A stretch of DNA of 64,000 nucleotides from a virus (lineage: Duplodnaviria; Caudoviricetes). Under the pieces are notes generated by a model, which saw only the letters and a list, made by a program, of their open reading frames with translations, was not told where the DNA came from and did not search any database. The position numbers were made by a program, and so were the translations under genes. Shown here piece by piece: positions 39,701-48,649 of this stretch (position 1 is its first letter; the number at the start of each line of letters is the position of its first letter). Location: IMG/VR virus record IMGVR_UViG_3300029955_000001; one strand, written 5' to 3'.

Positions 39701-41610
39701 TTAAAAAACCTACAACATTACCAGGTAAACCAGGAACTCATGCAATATCTACAGTAACTGGTAAACCTGTTAATAAACCATCAGTAACGCCCGCTACTGC
39801 TACAGGCGGCAATGGTGGTGGTGCTGGAGGGTCTGGTATTGGTTCTTCTGGCCCTGTTGGTGTTACAGTAGGAGATAAGAAAGGCCCTCGTGGGATTAGA
39901 AATAATAATCCTGGTAATATTAATTTTGCACATCAAGCAGGTGCAAAATTAGAAGATGGCCCAGGTGGGCGGTTTGCTGTATTTGCTACGATGGAAGAAG
40001 GTATTTCTGCTTTAGCTAGGCAGATACATCTTTTCGTTGGTCGAGGTATAAATACAGTTAATGCAATTATTAGCAAATACGCACCTCCGTCTGATAATAA
40101 CAACACTTCATCTTACATTAATTCTGTTTCTAAAAAGTTAGGCGTAACTGCTGATGACGCGTTAGATATTCATGATAACGCAATACTGAAAGGCATTATA
40201 ACAGCAATTACAACAGTTGAATGCGGGGCTGGTAAAGTCAAAGAGAAATGTATTGATGATGGTATTGCATTGTACTTTGGGAAACCAAAGACACCGTCTA
40301 CTGCTGCAAATATCCCAGACGCACCACCTCCTCCAACTGCTGCTAAACCAGCTAGTGTAATTGCTGCTGGCCCTAGTGGTGTAAATGCAGCTCCGGCTAC
40401 TGGTGCAAATAAAGTACCAGTTATATTAAAACCATCCGTACCTACATCGGTTGTATCGGGTGTTTCTTCTACTCCTGCTGCAAGTAGTGAGCCTAATGGC
40501 AAATCAGGAAACTGGGATGTTAATAAGTCACTTGCGTGCTTAAACTCAAATGCTGGCCAAAATAGTCAGGGTCGTTGTGCTGAGTTTGTAAGAAAGGCTG
40601 TAGAAGCTGGTGGGGTAACTTTAAAGAGAACTACGTCTGCAAAAGACTATGGTCCTAGTTTAGAGAAAGTAGGTTTCAAGCCTACCAATGACGGCGCGCC
40701 AAAAGCAGGTGATGTTGCTATTATTCAACCTATACCAGGCCACCAACATGGTCACGCTACAATGTTTAATGGTAGAAATTGGATATCGGATTTTATTCAG
40801 TTACACGGATATTACCCAGGTGATTCTTATCGTAAGGCAAAACCATCAGTAATATTCTACCGGCATGCTAGTATCGCTGGTGCTGGAGTAGGCGGAGCAT
40901 CGTCTAATGAAGGACCTACTGAAGCTGTTTCTAAAACTAGTGAAATGGACGATAGTAAGAAGAAGCCAAAAGTACCACCATCGACCGAATCTGGTTTACC
41001 GGTTAGTGCTAGTACAAAAACTTCTGATCAACCTGCTGTATCTGGTTCCGCTCCAGTTGTAGCCGCAATAGCTTCTTCAGCAAGTGTAAAAACTTCTGAT
41101 GAACCAGTGACTGGGAACGAAGATTCATCAGTTGGAAGAAGGAAACATGGCGGCGTGACTGTTCCAGTTAGTAATGTCACTCCTGGAATTGTATATGGTT
41201 CAAGTACTCCAGGAAGTAACAACTCGCAAACAGTAACACCTGTAACTCCAGCAACCAAAGTATTAGCTGACCAAGGTAACTTTAACAGGCAAACGATAGG
41301 TGGTTTTGCACCTCCTCGCTCTCCTGATATATTGGCTCAAGCTCAGTATCATAAAGAAGATAATAACAAGGCTTTAGGTAACGTTGGCGAAACATTAGAG
41401 AAATCTTACGAAGTTCATAAGAGTCAACTTGAAGTACTGAATAGGATAGCTGATTTAATTATGGCTAAAAGTTCAGGAAAAGGTTCTGAAGATCAAAGTA
41501 AACCTGAAACTCCGAGAGGAGGAGAAGGTGTAAATGGTGCTGTTAACAGAACGCCTCAGCCTGCATCAAGAGTTCCGGTTTCCATGGCTAAACGTGGTAA
41601 CTGGCGATAA
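33709..41610 (+). CDS. Giant tail-associated lysin / tape-measure-like protein (phiKZ gp181-like) with lysozyme-like and CHAP/NlpC-P60-like domains
   Basis: 2633 aa; divergent from beta-prime; ITEIIPGYLAR and LELQFRHY motifs; RGIRNNNPGNI module about 39883-40230; Cys/His amidase module (CAEFVRKA...HGH) about 40513-40863. Confidence 0.8.
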   Translation: MANKTKFELDQFGFDSSLDISNLDFSKAPKIKNDRSPTTHTAIGVAKGIKKSVITSAFITNAIKAALPKGYGTAADFVGKSTSGIKNLYNDTARDIKPLINDIKRTTDKVVTAADSAIPKNIAEKIKKWTKIEQSAYRSMSPEEQRDAALRMQLGEIFNLQTQTTLKQSARDTARENIKTGLEHSRHKDQMSQLDAMRISLQQIANYQQKIDSGFQRKSLELQFRHYYVAKDTLEEMRVFNTNAMLQYQTIAKNTGLPDFVKLKTSERLKEVLRNNFINAASAKIDAKRKAFFKDFTDSLLRQAKGKLSGFSNGAREGMGYADHLDQAGGMASMADNPHEERGDMAGTFFGSLLSGSLGTFLGKKAKPLINKYTKGKVGNSIHRVGHKLQYFHDDAQQAALETANNWDPKKHGKVLNAVAKFLGDAVKNTTISSTGLKSDNLKDMQQPAPFSRQIAKSITEIIPGYLARMLREMQMTRTGKPSELTHYDFTRNKFVGETTLRRTIHESIVNKTAVKDIRASADRIIDTVDKNKKLSPEARKHIGEQLVRNNIIKNISGTKRNLTDAKHFQGKAEPHAAAWISAYNEYLGNDEAGHKENHVREMFRDVGQHMEDVRSTVEDYDTAGYGSHLSKMGFTKTGEDTISVATLTKKERDLLIKLGILYKDRNYINVSAINSGNIKLIESMGLKIPSGNYVNLQGISEMYASGSGADEGDSGPGRRRRRSRVPFGPRKPQGPSAGLHAPSSHADQQFQHNTQQRNMQSKFDHETREAMRHQGKPFAHQTGNNPLNSPVYEHHLKLAKERAKQISKENAQGHSNASRFEAFKNFGKRKMADLHSFAEHHQINNRAHAAVGGVRNTLEDMLHFGTHKASEAKTMFHGAVHEAHAKATAFKDSVKEADLKNKAASHTGMAKNTASGLFEAAHDKAVGWKDRIKAKAKETVTATKHAVEELSKHGMFKKHIGMADLIPGKKGKPVSALASIDATLKRIEKKLKDGIGTGGGTGKVKGTHWWNKSVLGAAGDLGMGAVHLAGHAAHMANSVVGGAFSNAWKIGKFGVSATANTLGWGKDKLMNLRDVWVKGEDKPRLLASKLRNGYYVDQKTRKPVRKFKDITGTLLDENGDIALYDYEIPRAYLKGKLGAVLLSSVGAVFKGVNSLVNAYTGVIGTAVKAGIWTGKKLFSLTKRPQDVYSRDDLTTPKLTARTMRAGGYVSAVTGKVINHPGDIDGPVNMVVNGKVEQAMSAAEVASGVLDRNGKPIKTGIRKLLGIAGSIIGFAGRQAMSIGRSINKTIGHAVTAGKHVVGFAKDTLLHGITGWGKDHTGTSIGKKGADIGIKLLTEIRNILKSRLPESKKHILGDIDGSGIREGSFQDEVRKGLVPGESSLDAYAKAHPSSGGKGGVLGMLGGLFGKKDKGEGGDGKKDEEGHPVRDMVEGELVERGIEKGAGKFGRALKWTKNLAKGGASKGLKLLSKIPGLSKFAKLAAMLGGTAEAANLAGSALSSTSAAPGVMEAGGVASKAGILSRVAGIGKAGLGMAKGAMSGIGGLAGKLLMPLTALMSAGEGIAGEANGQRIDSIGKVIPKGWGMLNPFEWAMNGGRYAGNKINSGLDSITGGQGIGSKIYDWTHGDEAKKLSTASTPEAIAAAKARIEKAKIDRAKTQAEANAAGNNASGVPSTSDANRSVNSAEDLTNDERDKLTTMTHGQKLAYMASKNTAKTHKAESGINPGPGPMPVSAAALAALAPPKPKPLTPEEKAAADKAKADKTAKAKAAAVAAAPKEEGFWSRVGSSISEGASTAYNGAINATGAGIDAVANADYSVKGIANMGHHAVAGASNLYKSAVSATASGIENTVNTVKSGVSAVKSAYNSAVDTAADAMMAVAGAPRKAAEAARATYNKAIALASDGMLALATGPSIVGKAYNAAVDKTADAMLVASGLPSKAAKTAREEYNKAIAAAGSAYGFAVSTVKSGIAAVGKSVSGVVNDAKAGWNEVDENGNEVKKPTTLPGKPGTHAISTVTGKPVNKPSVTPATATGGNGGGAGGSGIGSSGPVGVTVGDKKGPRGIRNNNPGNINFAHQAGAKLEDGPGGRFAVFATMEEGISALARQIHLFVGRGINTVNAIISKYAPPSDNNNTSSYINSVSKKLGVTADDALDIHDNAILKGIITAITTVECGAGKVKEKCIDDGIALYFGKPKTPSTAANIPDAPPPPTAAKPASVIAAGPSGVNAAPATGANKVPVILKPSVPTSVVSGVSSTPAASSEPNGKSGNWDVNKSLACLNSNAGQNSQGRCAEFVRKAVEAGGVTLKRTTSAKDYGPSLEKVGFKPTNDGAPKAGDVAIIQPIPGHQHGHATMFNGRNWISDFIQLHGYYPGDSYRKAKPSVIFYRHASIAGAGVGGASSNEGPTEAVSKTSEMDDSKKKPKVPPSTESGLPVSASTKTSDQPAVSGSAPVVAAIASSASVKTSDEPVTGNEDSSVGRRKHGGVTVPVSNVTPGIVYGSSTPGSNNSQTVTPVTPATKVLADQGNFNRQTIGGFAPPRSPDILAQAQYHKEDNNKALGNVGETLEKSYEVHKSQLEVLNRIADLIMAKSSGKGSEDQSKPETPRGGEGVNGAVNRTPQPASRVPVSMAKRGNWR

Positions 41611-41612
41611 GC

Positions 41613-41640
41613 TAGAGTGGTGCTGAAAGGCACCACTCTA
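41613..41640 (+). terminator. Hairpin terminator/attenuator after the gp181-like gene
   Basis: TAGAGTGGTGC-TGAAAG-GCACCACTCTA. Confidence 0.65.
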
Positions 41641-41672
41641 ATTATATTTTTTTGTTTATATTGGAGTAAAAG

Positions 41673-43871
41673 ATGAATTTACAACCAGGTATGGTTAAAG
41701 ATAAAGATTGGATACGGCAATCTTTTTTAGTACAAGCTAAAGATTTAGATGCTGTCGATTATCAAAACAGAACATTTTCAAGCGCAAGTCTAAAATTTAC
41801 TGACACTACACCAGGTGGTAATTTCGCTATTAATCCACCTGCACAATTTACGCGTACAGCAGATCCAAAAGCTACTGCAATGTTTACTGATCCATCAGGC
41901 AGCACGTTCGAACGATACAGCATGGGATTTGCTGGAAGTAAAGGAATGGGTCGTTATTACAGTGAAGCGATTGACGATAACTCACAGTTGATACACATGC
42001 GTTTTGGTGTTCCTGATTTTAATTCGTTAACAACTTTTTTCACTGGCTTTTACAATACAGGAGCTAGTCAAATGGCTAGAACTGGTCGCGCGACTAGTAT
42101 AGCTTATACGTTAGGACAAGCAGCTGGTTTCATTGTTAGTATTTTAAGCTGGAAACTATTAGCTGTTCATTTAATAGGCGTAGCGGCTAGGTTCTTTTTA
42201 GCAAAGCCCAGTAGTAAATTTTATTATTTAAAACCAACCATGCCGTTGTATTGGAACGCAGTGCAAACGATGGTTAATCAAATTCTTGTTAATCGTGGTG
42301 TTATACCTCGCATTGGTGGTTCTGATCAATCGGCACTAGGTGGTGGTAATGGCTCTGGGGGCGGAAGCGATGCGTATCAATTCGATGCCGCTGCGATACA
42401 AACTTTAAATCAACAATTGCCGACAATATTCAAACTTGGTGGAGGCATTGACGTCTATTCATTGGCTGGTAGGGCACAACGTCTTGCACGCGCGCGCCAT
42501 AAAGAAATAGAACAAGCGCTTGACAATGGAACAGATTTACGTTTAGCCAATAACATGGGTGAGTTATCTACTTTTATTCAAGCTGCTGTGAAAAAAGAAT
42601 TAAAAATTGCTACTCCTATTTTTAAATCATATCTAGCTAGTTGGGCTGGCGGAACTGACGGGCACGGCGTTGTGCAAGCTGGTACTAATCAAGCTAGACC
42701 TGACCCGGCCAGTAGTGGTGCTGATTCAGAAAGTTTACCAGTAGCACCGTCTACTGCCGCACCAGATCCTACAAAAGCAGCCGATAACACGCAAAGTAAA
42801 CAAGCTGATGCAAATACTGCTGATGAAGGATTTATGAATTTCTTCATGAATGAACTAGATGACGGTAGTGCATTTGTTACATTCAGAGTAGATGCAACAG
42901 GTCATGTTGATAATAGCTATAGTAATCAAGTTGGAGAATCTGAATTATCGCAAAAAATAAACAGTATGTCTGCTTCGTCAAGATCTACTAGATTTAGTTT
43001 TGCTGGAGGTAACCTGGATGATGGTATTGTTGGTAAAGCAGTGGGTGAAATTGCGGGCGCTATAGGAGATTTTGCTTCGGGCGCAGCAGCTGGTTTAGGT
43101 ATCAGCGGTATAGCGGCTTTAGGAGGTTCTGCGTTTGTCGACATCCCAAAATACTGGCAACAGTCAGTAGCTTCTTTACCAAGAGCTTCTTACACGATTC
43201 AATTAAGAAGTCCTTACGGTAATCCTATATCACAAATGATTAACTTGTACATACCCCTGTGTATGCTGCTAGCTGGCGCTTTACCATTATCCACTGGTAA
43301 GCAATCTTACACTAGTCCGTTCTTATGTGAACTGTATGACAAAGGACGTTGTCAGGTTCGTCTTGGTATGATTGATTCTTTATCTATTACTCGCGGCACT
43401 GGTAATCTTGGTTTCAACACAGATGGTCATGCGATGGGTATTGATATTTCATTTTCAGTTGTAGACATGTCGTCTATAATGACAATGCCTATTTCACAAG
43501 GTTTTTCTATGACGTCATTAGCTTCTGGCGCTGTTAAATCAGCAACGGATGCAGCGGCTTCTGGTGTAACTAAAATATCAGGCGCAGGTGCTGGTATTAT
43601 CGAAGCTGGTGGTACTGCAATAGCATCTATAGGCGCTACATTCGACGATGATAACACATTCAGTGATTACATGGCTGTATTGGCTGGTATGAGTTTATCA
43701 GATCAAATTTATCAATTGAAGAAATTAAAACTTAATTTAACTCGTAACTTAGCTAACTGGAATAGTTGGAATAGCGCATCGCACTATGCTAGCTTTGCTG
43801 GTGATACGTTACCTGCTAGATTGATATCTGGTCTGTTCAAAGGCACCGCACGCGGTGGTGTTAGTAACTAA
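41673..43871 (+). CDS. Virion structural protein (phiKZ gp182-like, tail/baseplate)
   Basis: 732 aa directly after the gp181-like gene; TPGGNFAINPP, MGRYYSEAIDD, YTSPF...GMI.SLSI.RG motifs. Confidence 0.7.
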   Translation: MNLQPGMVKDKDWIRQSFLVQAKDLDAVDYQNRTFSSASLKFTDTTPGGNFAINPPAQFTRTADPKATAMFTDPSGSTFERYSMGFAGSKGMGRYYSEAIDDNSQLIHMRFGVPDFNSLTTFFTGFYNTGASQMARTGRATSIAYTLGQAAGFIVSILSWKLLAVHLIGVAARFFLAKPSSKFYYLKPTMPLYWNAVQTMVNQILVNRGVIPRIGGSDQSALGGGNGSGGGSDAYQFDAAAIQTLNQQLPTIFKLGGGIDVYSLAGRAQRLARARHKEIEQALDNGTDLRLANNMGELSTFIQAAVKKELKIATPIFKSYLASWAGGTDGHGVVQAGTNQARPDPASSGADSESLPVAPSTAAPDPTKAADNTQSKQADANTADEGFMNFFMNELDDGSAFVTFRVDATGHVDNSYSNQVGESELSQKINSMSASSRSTRFSFAGGNLDDGIVGKAVGEIAGAIGDFASGAAAGLGISGIAALGGSAFVDIPKYWQQSVASLPRASYTIQLRSPYGNPISQMINLYIPLCMLLAGALPLSTGKQSYTSPFLCELYDKGRCQVRLGMIDSLSITRGTGNLGFNTDGHAMGIDISFSVVDMSSIMTMPISQGFSMTSLASGAVKSATDAAASGVTKISGAGAGIIEAGGTAIASIGATFDDDNTFSDYMAVLAGMSLSDQIYQLKKLKLNLTRNLANWNSWNSASHYASFAGDTLPARLISGLFKGTARGGVSN

Positions 43872-43872
43872 G

Positions 43873-43914
43873 CGTCATAGAGACCAGGATAAATCCTGGT
43901 CTCTATTTATGCCG
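43873..43914. terminator. Bidirectional hairpin terminator with CGTCATA / TATGCCG flanks
   Basis: ATAGAGACCAGGA-TAAA-TCCTGGTCTCTAT 43877-43906; TATGCCG 43908-43914 overlaps the opposing stop codon. Confidence 0.75.
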
Positions 43915-45436
43915 TTTGTGGAAGATTAGAAGAAGTTTGAGACGGTCCTGCGGGAGGAGGGCTTATGCTTCCTGTTGTCTTAATGTTGTTGTCATAAACG
44001 TCCGCGTACATTAGTTGTGGTCCAACGGATATATTTGTTCCAGCTAATACTACAGTTGCGCTTACCACAGTGGAACCATCACTAAAAGTGTAATAGACAA
44101 TAGTTTCTATATCACCATTCGATAATGTGCGAGGAGGTGGCGCAGACACATTAGCCGATGATAAAGGTTCTGTCATGCAAAGTGAACTAGTGATCATTGG
44201 TGTAGAAACATCAGGTGTTCCGTTATTTGTACTTGTTGTAGTTAATGGCACTGGCGGTGCTGTGACTAGTGTGCCGTTAACTACAGTAGTTGCACTGCCA
44301 TTATCCGATATACTTGTTGTAGTTGAAGTATACTGCATAATTGTCGGATCGGTAGAACCGCTAACATTAATATTACCAGACACGGGCGCTGTATTCGGGA
44401 ATTGATTACCTAGTAATGTGTTAACATCTGTGCTTGACGATGGGTAAGCTGCTCCTAATAATGCTAGTTGATCAGGCGTAGCTGCATCTACCGGCACTGT
44501 AAAATCTGTTGACGGTAAAGCTGGAGCAGAGGACATCGCTGAACAAGATAAACTATTTTGAAGATCAGGACTGCCATCTTGTAAAGCAGTAATGTCTCCA
44601 CCAACACCGTTAACAGGACTGTTGTATACGTTCCAATTAGGGTTTACAGCAGCATATGTTGATGTGATGTTTGCGCTATTTGATAACAAATCAGCTGTTG
44701 TAGCGTTAGGACCATTATTAAAATTTGAACTAATGTTATTTAGTACATTTGGATTCAACGACAACAATGTGCCGCCACCAACAGAATTAGCCATTGCTGT
44801 AATCGACTGCAAATCTGAACTCTGCACAGCATTTGGTAAAACATTACCTGCAATGTTTGTTAAAATACCTTTGTCACTAATTCCACATGTGAGAGCACTA
44901 AAAGAGTTTGGTATTCCAGAACCCATCGCAATTTTAAGATACCCTGATGTTACTTCAGCAATAGCCCCAGGGTCGTCAATTGAAAAAGAATCATGACAAG
45001 CATTTCCATTAATCATTGCACCAATAGCAGCTATATCACCAAATGCTGTACCGACTAAAGTTTTTGTTAAACCATTAACTGTAGCAGTTATGCCAGAGTT
45101 AGATGTTATTCCGTTAATTATAGAAGAAGCCGCGCTAGATGAAAGCTGGCTCAGTACTGATCCCATTTCCGGCATAGATGAAGCTACACGAGCTGTTAAT
45201 GTTGCTGCGCTTAATAATGCACTTGCAGCGCTTACAGCAGTAGCTGCTAATGAAGAAGCCGTGCTACTCATGCTTTTACCACCGCGTAAAGAATTAGCAA
45301 TGGTGGGATTTGTAGCTGCTGTAATAGCAGCTACATCGGTAATAGGTGTATTGTTATTTAGCGTGTATACGTCTGCTGTTGCAAGAGTATCTTTTGCGCC
45401 GCTAATAAAACTTGGCGTTGCTAAAGGATTTGACAT
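43907..45436 (-). CDS. Putative virion protein with long S/T/P/N-rich body
   Basis: ATG 45436 (MSNPLATPSF...LATADVY); low-complexity composition. Confidence 0.6.
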   Translation of the reverse strand: MSNPLATPSFISGAKDTLATADVYTLNNNTPITDVAAITAATNPTIANSLRGGKSMSSTASSLAATAVSAASALLSAATLTARVASSMPEMGSVLSQLSSSAASSIINGITSNSGITATVNGLTKTLVGTAFGDIAAIGAMINGNACHDSFSIDDPGAIAEVTSGYLKIAMGSGIPNSFSALTCGISDKGILTNIAGNVLPNAVQSSDLQSITAMANSVGGGTLLSLNPNVLNNISSNFNNGPNATTADLLSNSANITSTYAAVNPNWNVYNSPVNGVGGDITALQDGSPDLQNSLSCSAMSSAPALPSTDFTVPVDAATPDQLALLGAAYPSSSTDVNTLLGNQFPNTAPVSGNINVSGSTDPTIMQYTSTTTSISDNGSATTVVNGTLVTAPPVPLTTTSTNNGTPDVSTPMITSSLCMTEPLSSANVSAPPPRTLSNGDIETIVYYTFSDGSTVVSATVVLAGTNISVGPQLMYADVYDNNIKTTGSISPPPAGPSQTSSNLPQTA

Positions 45437-45492
45437 ATTCAATTTCCTAAACAAAAAAAAATAGGATAGAGATATATCTCTATCCTATCAAT

Positions 45493-46008
45493 TTAAATTG
45501 CTATAATTAATTCTGGGTATTTTGAATAATCCACATCTTTCGGACGTTGATTTTCTTTAAACAAAATACGTAATTCTTCAAATTCTTCAATAACGCGATT
45601 ACGTTGTTTTGGCCGTATTACGATCTTGCCTGGACCCCAAAGATAATAATGTTCAAATGGAAGAGTTGATTCAATTAACAACTGCTTCATTTCTTCGTTC
45701 TGTTCGATCTTGTAATAATTCGCAGCTTTAATGCACGTTAAGAATTCTTTAAAAGTACCTCTAGTTAAATCCTTAGCATAGTTCTTTGCTTTTATACCAA
45801 CCAGACCGCGCAGCTTATCATCTTTTTCTTTTGTACCAATGTAGTGATAAAAACCTTCCATTGAATTGAATGATCCAAAATAGGGATGGATAAACGGCGA
45901 ATAGTAAAACTGAGATAGCATTTGTCCTAATTTTGTCTTACCAGTAATCCAGATATTACAAAACTCAACGCCATCTTTAGAATTGTTATCAGACTGTACA
46001 ATATTCAT
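45493..46008 (-). CDS. NADAR/YbiA-like protein (putative ADP-ribose glycohydrolase)
   Basis: LSQF...F.HPYFG.F.SMEGFYHY...AK...L..S.LPF.HYY pattern resembles NADAR LSNF...F.SVE. Confidence 0.5.
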   Translation of the reverse strand: MNIVQSDNNSKDGVEFCNIWITGKTKLGQMLSQFYYSPFIHPYFGSFNSMEGFYHYIGTKEKDDKLRGLVGIKAKNYAKDLTRGTFKEFLTCIKAANYYKIEQNEEMKQLLIESTLPFEHYYLWGPGKIVIRPKQRNRVIEEFEELRILFKENQRPKDVDYSKYPELIIAI

Positions 46009-46080
46009 TTTATCAAGCCTTATTACTATTTTATTTTTTTGTCCTAGTTTAATTAAACTAGAAAAGACGATTGTTTGTAG

Positions 46081-46554
46081 TTAATCCTCTGTTGTTTTAT
46101 CAGCTAAGATTTGAACATATGGAACAGCCTCATCTTTTTCCGGTTGTTCTAAGTTTTCTATAAACTCAGCAAAGCTTTCTCTGTTACCAAATTGTACTTC
46201 GGTAGAGTGTAATGTTGTCATACCATTACCGTGATAAGCTTTAATTACAAGATCAATTTTTATTATTTGTAGAAAACGTAATGCTTTACAAAAGACCTTC
46301 CATGTCATTTGCGGCTTGGCAAACTCTTTAGTGAGATTGCCTCGCATCGATGTTTGGTCTCTTTTATTATTAGGAATATTACGCTGTGTGTCTATGATGT
46401 AATCTTGTAAAAAACTACCAAATTTAGGAGGCATTATACCTAAGTCTAATAGCATTTTTCTAAATAAACGTGACAGCACGCCATTGGGACCACTAGTCTT
46501 TGTTATTTCTTTATCGTGAGCTAATAAGATTCTAGCCATTTTATTTCTAGCCAT
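46081..46554 (-). CDS. Conserved phiKZ-like hypothetical protein, possibly DNA-binding
   Basis: 157 aa; LSRLFR...RGNL.K...MTWKVF.KAL.FL basic helical pattern. Confidence 0.6.
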   Translation of the reverse strand: MARNKMARILLAHDKEITKTSGPNGVLSRLFRKMLLDLGIMPPKFGSFLQDYIIDTQRNIPNNKRDQTSMRGNLTKEFAKPQMTWKVFCKALRFLQIIKIDLVIKAYHGNGMTTLHSTEVQFGNRESFAEFIENLEQPEKDEAVPYVQILADKTTED

Positions 46555-46609
46555 TTTTTTTATCCAGTCCGTTGGATTATTTTAAACAATAAATAATTCT
46601 TTATTGATA

Positions 46610-47170
46610 TTAAGAAACACTAACTTCAATTAACTTCTTTGTAATTTCACGTAGATTAATGAAAAGATTAGTAAGCATTCTAAGATTATACTCTGGGACG
46701 CCATATTGAGCGGTATCAGATTCCTCCATTATTTCACATAACTTAATACCAGCTTCTTTAAATATTTCTACAGCTTTTGGTACATCAACATAATAACCAT
46801 CACTAGTAATTAAAAAATGATCTAAGGTCATACTTCTTGATTCAGCTATACCCCATTCCCTAGGAATTTTTTTATCGTACTTAATGATAACAACAGCTTC
46901 TTTCAGTTTCTTAATATAGGTTTCAATATCAGGGTACAGTGGTTGTATGGTTATGCTTAAACCAACAGATACACTATAATTAGTTAATTTATTGCTATTT
47001 AATTCCTTTAGTAAAGTTTCACATAATTTTCTATTAGGAGCAAAAGGTGATTCTTTTATTATTTCCTTCTTAGGATTATTAAGACTAAATAATGATTTAA
47101 GATACTTAACTAGTTCACTAAACCACATAACATTTTCTAACCTCCAAACGTTATTCATCGTATACCTCAT
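46610..47170 (-). CDS. Hypothetical protein
   Basis: 186-aa ORF; promoter-like AAATTATCTTAGTAACATATC upstream at about 47175-47199. Confidence 0.65.
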   Translation of the reverse strand: MRYTMNNVWRLENVMWFSELVKYLKSLFSLNNPKKEIIKESPFAPNRKLCETLLKELNSNKLTNYSVSVGLSITIQPLYPDIETYIKKLKEAVVIIKYDKKIPREWGIAESRSMTLDHFLITSDGYYVDVPKAVEIFKEAGIKLCEIMEESDTAQYGVPEYNLRMLTNLFINLREITKKLIEVSVS

Positions 47171-47247
47171 TATAATGATATGTTACTAAGATAATTTGCA
47201 ATAACACATAAGTATGATCACATACAACTTAATTAAAAGGATTTATC

Positions 47248-47673
47248 ATGTCACTCTCTAATAATGAAGTTATACTAGATAGCGAAGAAAGTGTACTGTC
47301 GTATACCCACGCTAAAAGACTCTTCATTGTGGAGAGTATGTTACATGAAGGTAAACTTCCAGAAGATCCTGCTGAGAAGAAAGTGCTTCTTAATGCGCTT
47401 GACGGCATGGATAAGATGGCAATTGGACGAATGCGTATTAAGATCGACGAGAAAGCCAATAAGAATATGGGGCAAGCTGCTGCTTTAGTAGCTCAGCTGT
47501 TATCATCTGGCAATATAGCGCATATGTATAATGTACCAAATGGCACAAATCGAGATGCACCGTTGTTAGGTAGTGATGTTCCAGCACCAGACATTGTCAA
47601 TGGTGAAACAGCTATTAATCCATTAGGTACGAATTACGAAGAATTTATGAATAAGATTAAAACGGAAGCATAG
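47248..47673 (+). CDS. Hypothetical protein
   Basis: 141 aa; AAGGA RBS; followed by a hairpin. Confidence 0.65.
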   Translation: MSLSNNEVILDSEESVLSYTHAKRLFIVESMLHEGKLPEDPAEKKVLLNALDGMDKMAIGRMRIKIDEKANKNMGQAAALVAQLLSSGNIAHMYNVPNGTNRDAPLLGSDVPAPDIVNGETAINPLGTNYEEFMNKIKTEA

Positions 47674-47685
47674 AATTAGCTGATA

Positions 47686-47716
47686 CGACTACGAGAAATG
47701 TTTCTTCTCGTAGTCG
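47686..47716 (+). terminator. Hairpin terminator
   Basis: CGACTACGAGA-N9-TCTCGTAGTCG. Confidence 0.6.
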
Positions 47717-47800
47717 TTCGATCTCGGTAACGCATCGTCAGTTCCTATGTGACCTTTTCAACCATTGCATAGTTGATATTAGAACGTGGCTGCTTTATTC

Positions 47801-47856
47801 CCTATATCAGATTACCCTGTGTTACTAGGATAGTCTGATATGGGTAATATATGCCG
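47801..47856. terminator. Imperfect hairpin followed by TATGCCG
   Basis: Stem about 47801-47843; TATGCCG 47850-47856 next to the stop of the opposing ORF. Confidence 0.55.
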
Positions 47857-47860
47857 TCTT

Positions 47861-48571
47861 CTAATTCGGTTTGAGGATACTGAAATGTGAAACGTCGATG
47901 AGAGTTAGACTTATAAGTGGCGAAGCCAGCACCTCTAACGCCTTGAAGGGGTGTGTAGTTTCTTTCATAGTCTTCTTCAACTCTGCATCAGTTGGTGTTT
48001 TAACGAAGTATATAGCTGGTACAAGCAAAGTTACAGTTGGAAGCTGTGTTGCCTTAAATGCTTCACCTTGCATGTTCATCCATTCTTCGTAATCGTATTT
48101 TATTATAATCGCATACGTTTTACAATGCACGGGTGTGAGATCTTTGGTAGGTATAGATACCAACTCCACAGGAGCTAAGCCATCTAACCATACAGAAATT
48201 ACTTTACCAAATTCTTCCATCTCCTCACCGGATAAAATATACGGATGAGTATTAACTACAATCTTTAAACCATCGTGATATGGTCGTGTGATTGCTTGTT
48301 CCGCCATAACACTCACTAGGTGTCGTAGTAAGCTTATCGCGTTTGTTACAACAGAATGTTTCAGTGTGGTAACATCGCGATTTTTATACAACTCTTTATA
48401 CAAGTCTAAATCAATTCCCTCAAAATCATCACTAAGACGTTTTTGATAGTTTTCATCGACCGATAATTTTTCAGCAATATTCTGATCCAAAATTGCGATA
48501 GTGCCAAGTCTTGTATCTAGCAGAACATCTAAGTCTACGTAGATAGTTTCTAGTTTCTTACTATTGGGCAT
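47861..48571 (-). CDS. Conserved phiKZ-like protein with HAD-like N-terminal motif
   Basis: IYVDLDVLLDTRLGT (DxD) motif; in the block with the gp149-like subunit. Confidence 0.6.
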   Translation of the reverse strand: MPNSKKLETIYVDLDVLLDTRLGTIAILDQNIAEKLSVDENYQKRLSDDFEGIDLDLYKELYKNRDVTTLKHSVVTNAISLLRHLVSVMAEQAITRPYHDGLKIVVNTHPYILSGEEMEEFGKVISVWLDGLAPVELVSIPTKDLTPVHCKTYAIIIKYDYEEWMNMQGEAFKATQLPTVTLLVPAIYFVKTPTDAELKKTMKETTHPFKALEVLASPLISLTLIDVSHFSILKPN

Positions 48572-48649
48572 TGTAAGTCACGTGATCAGATTGTTTAACA
48601 GTCCATAAAGCTTTTGCTTTGATAGACGCTCTTGGTATTTTTGTTTCTA

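Noticed and set aside
33693-45464. Many 60-180 aa antisense ORFs over the gp181-like, gp182-like and 43907 genes (likewise over sheath, tube and head genes)
   Set aside because: Fully overlap long genes on the other strand, lack RBS and recognisable motifs; typical codon-bias shadows
48575-48649. Open stretch after the stop of 48650..49147 suggesting readthrough
   Set aside because: Two consecutive stops (TAA TAG) precede it and it has no start codon
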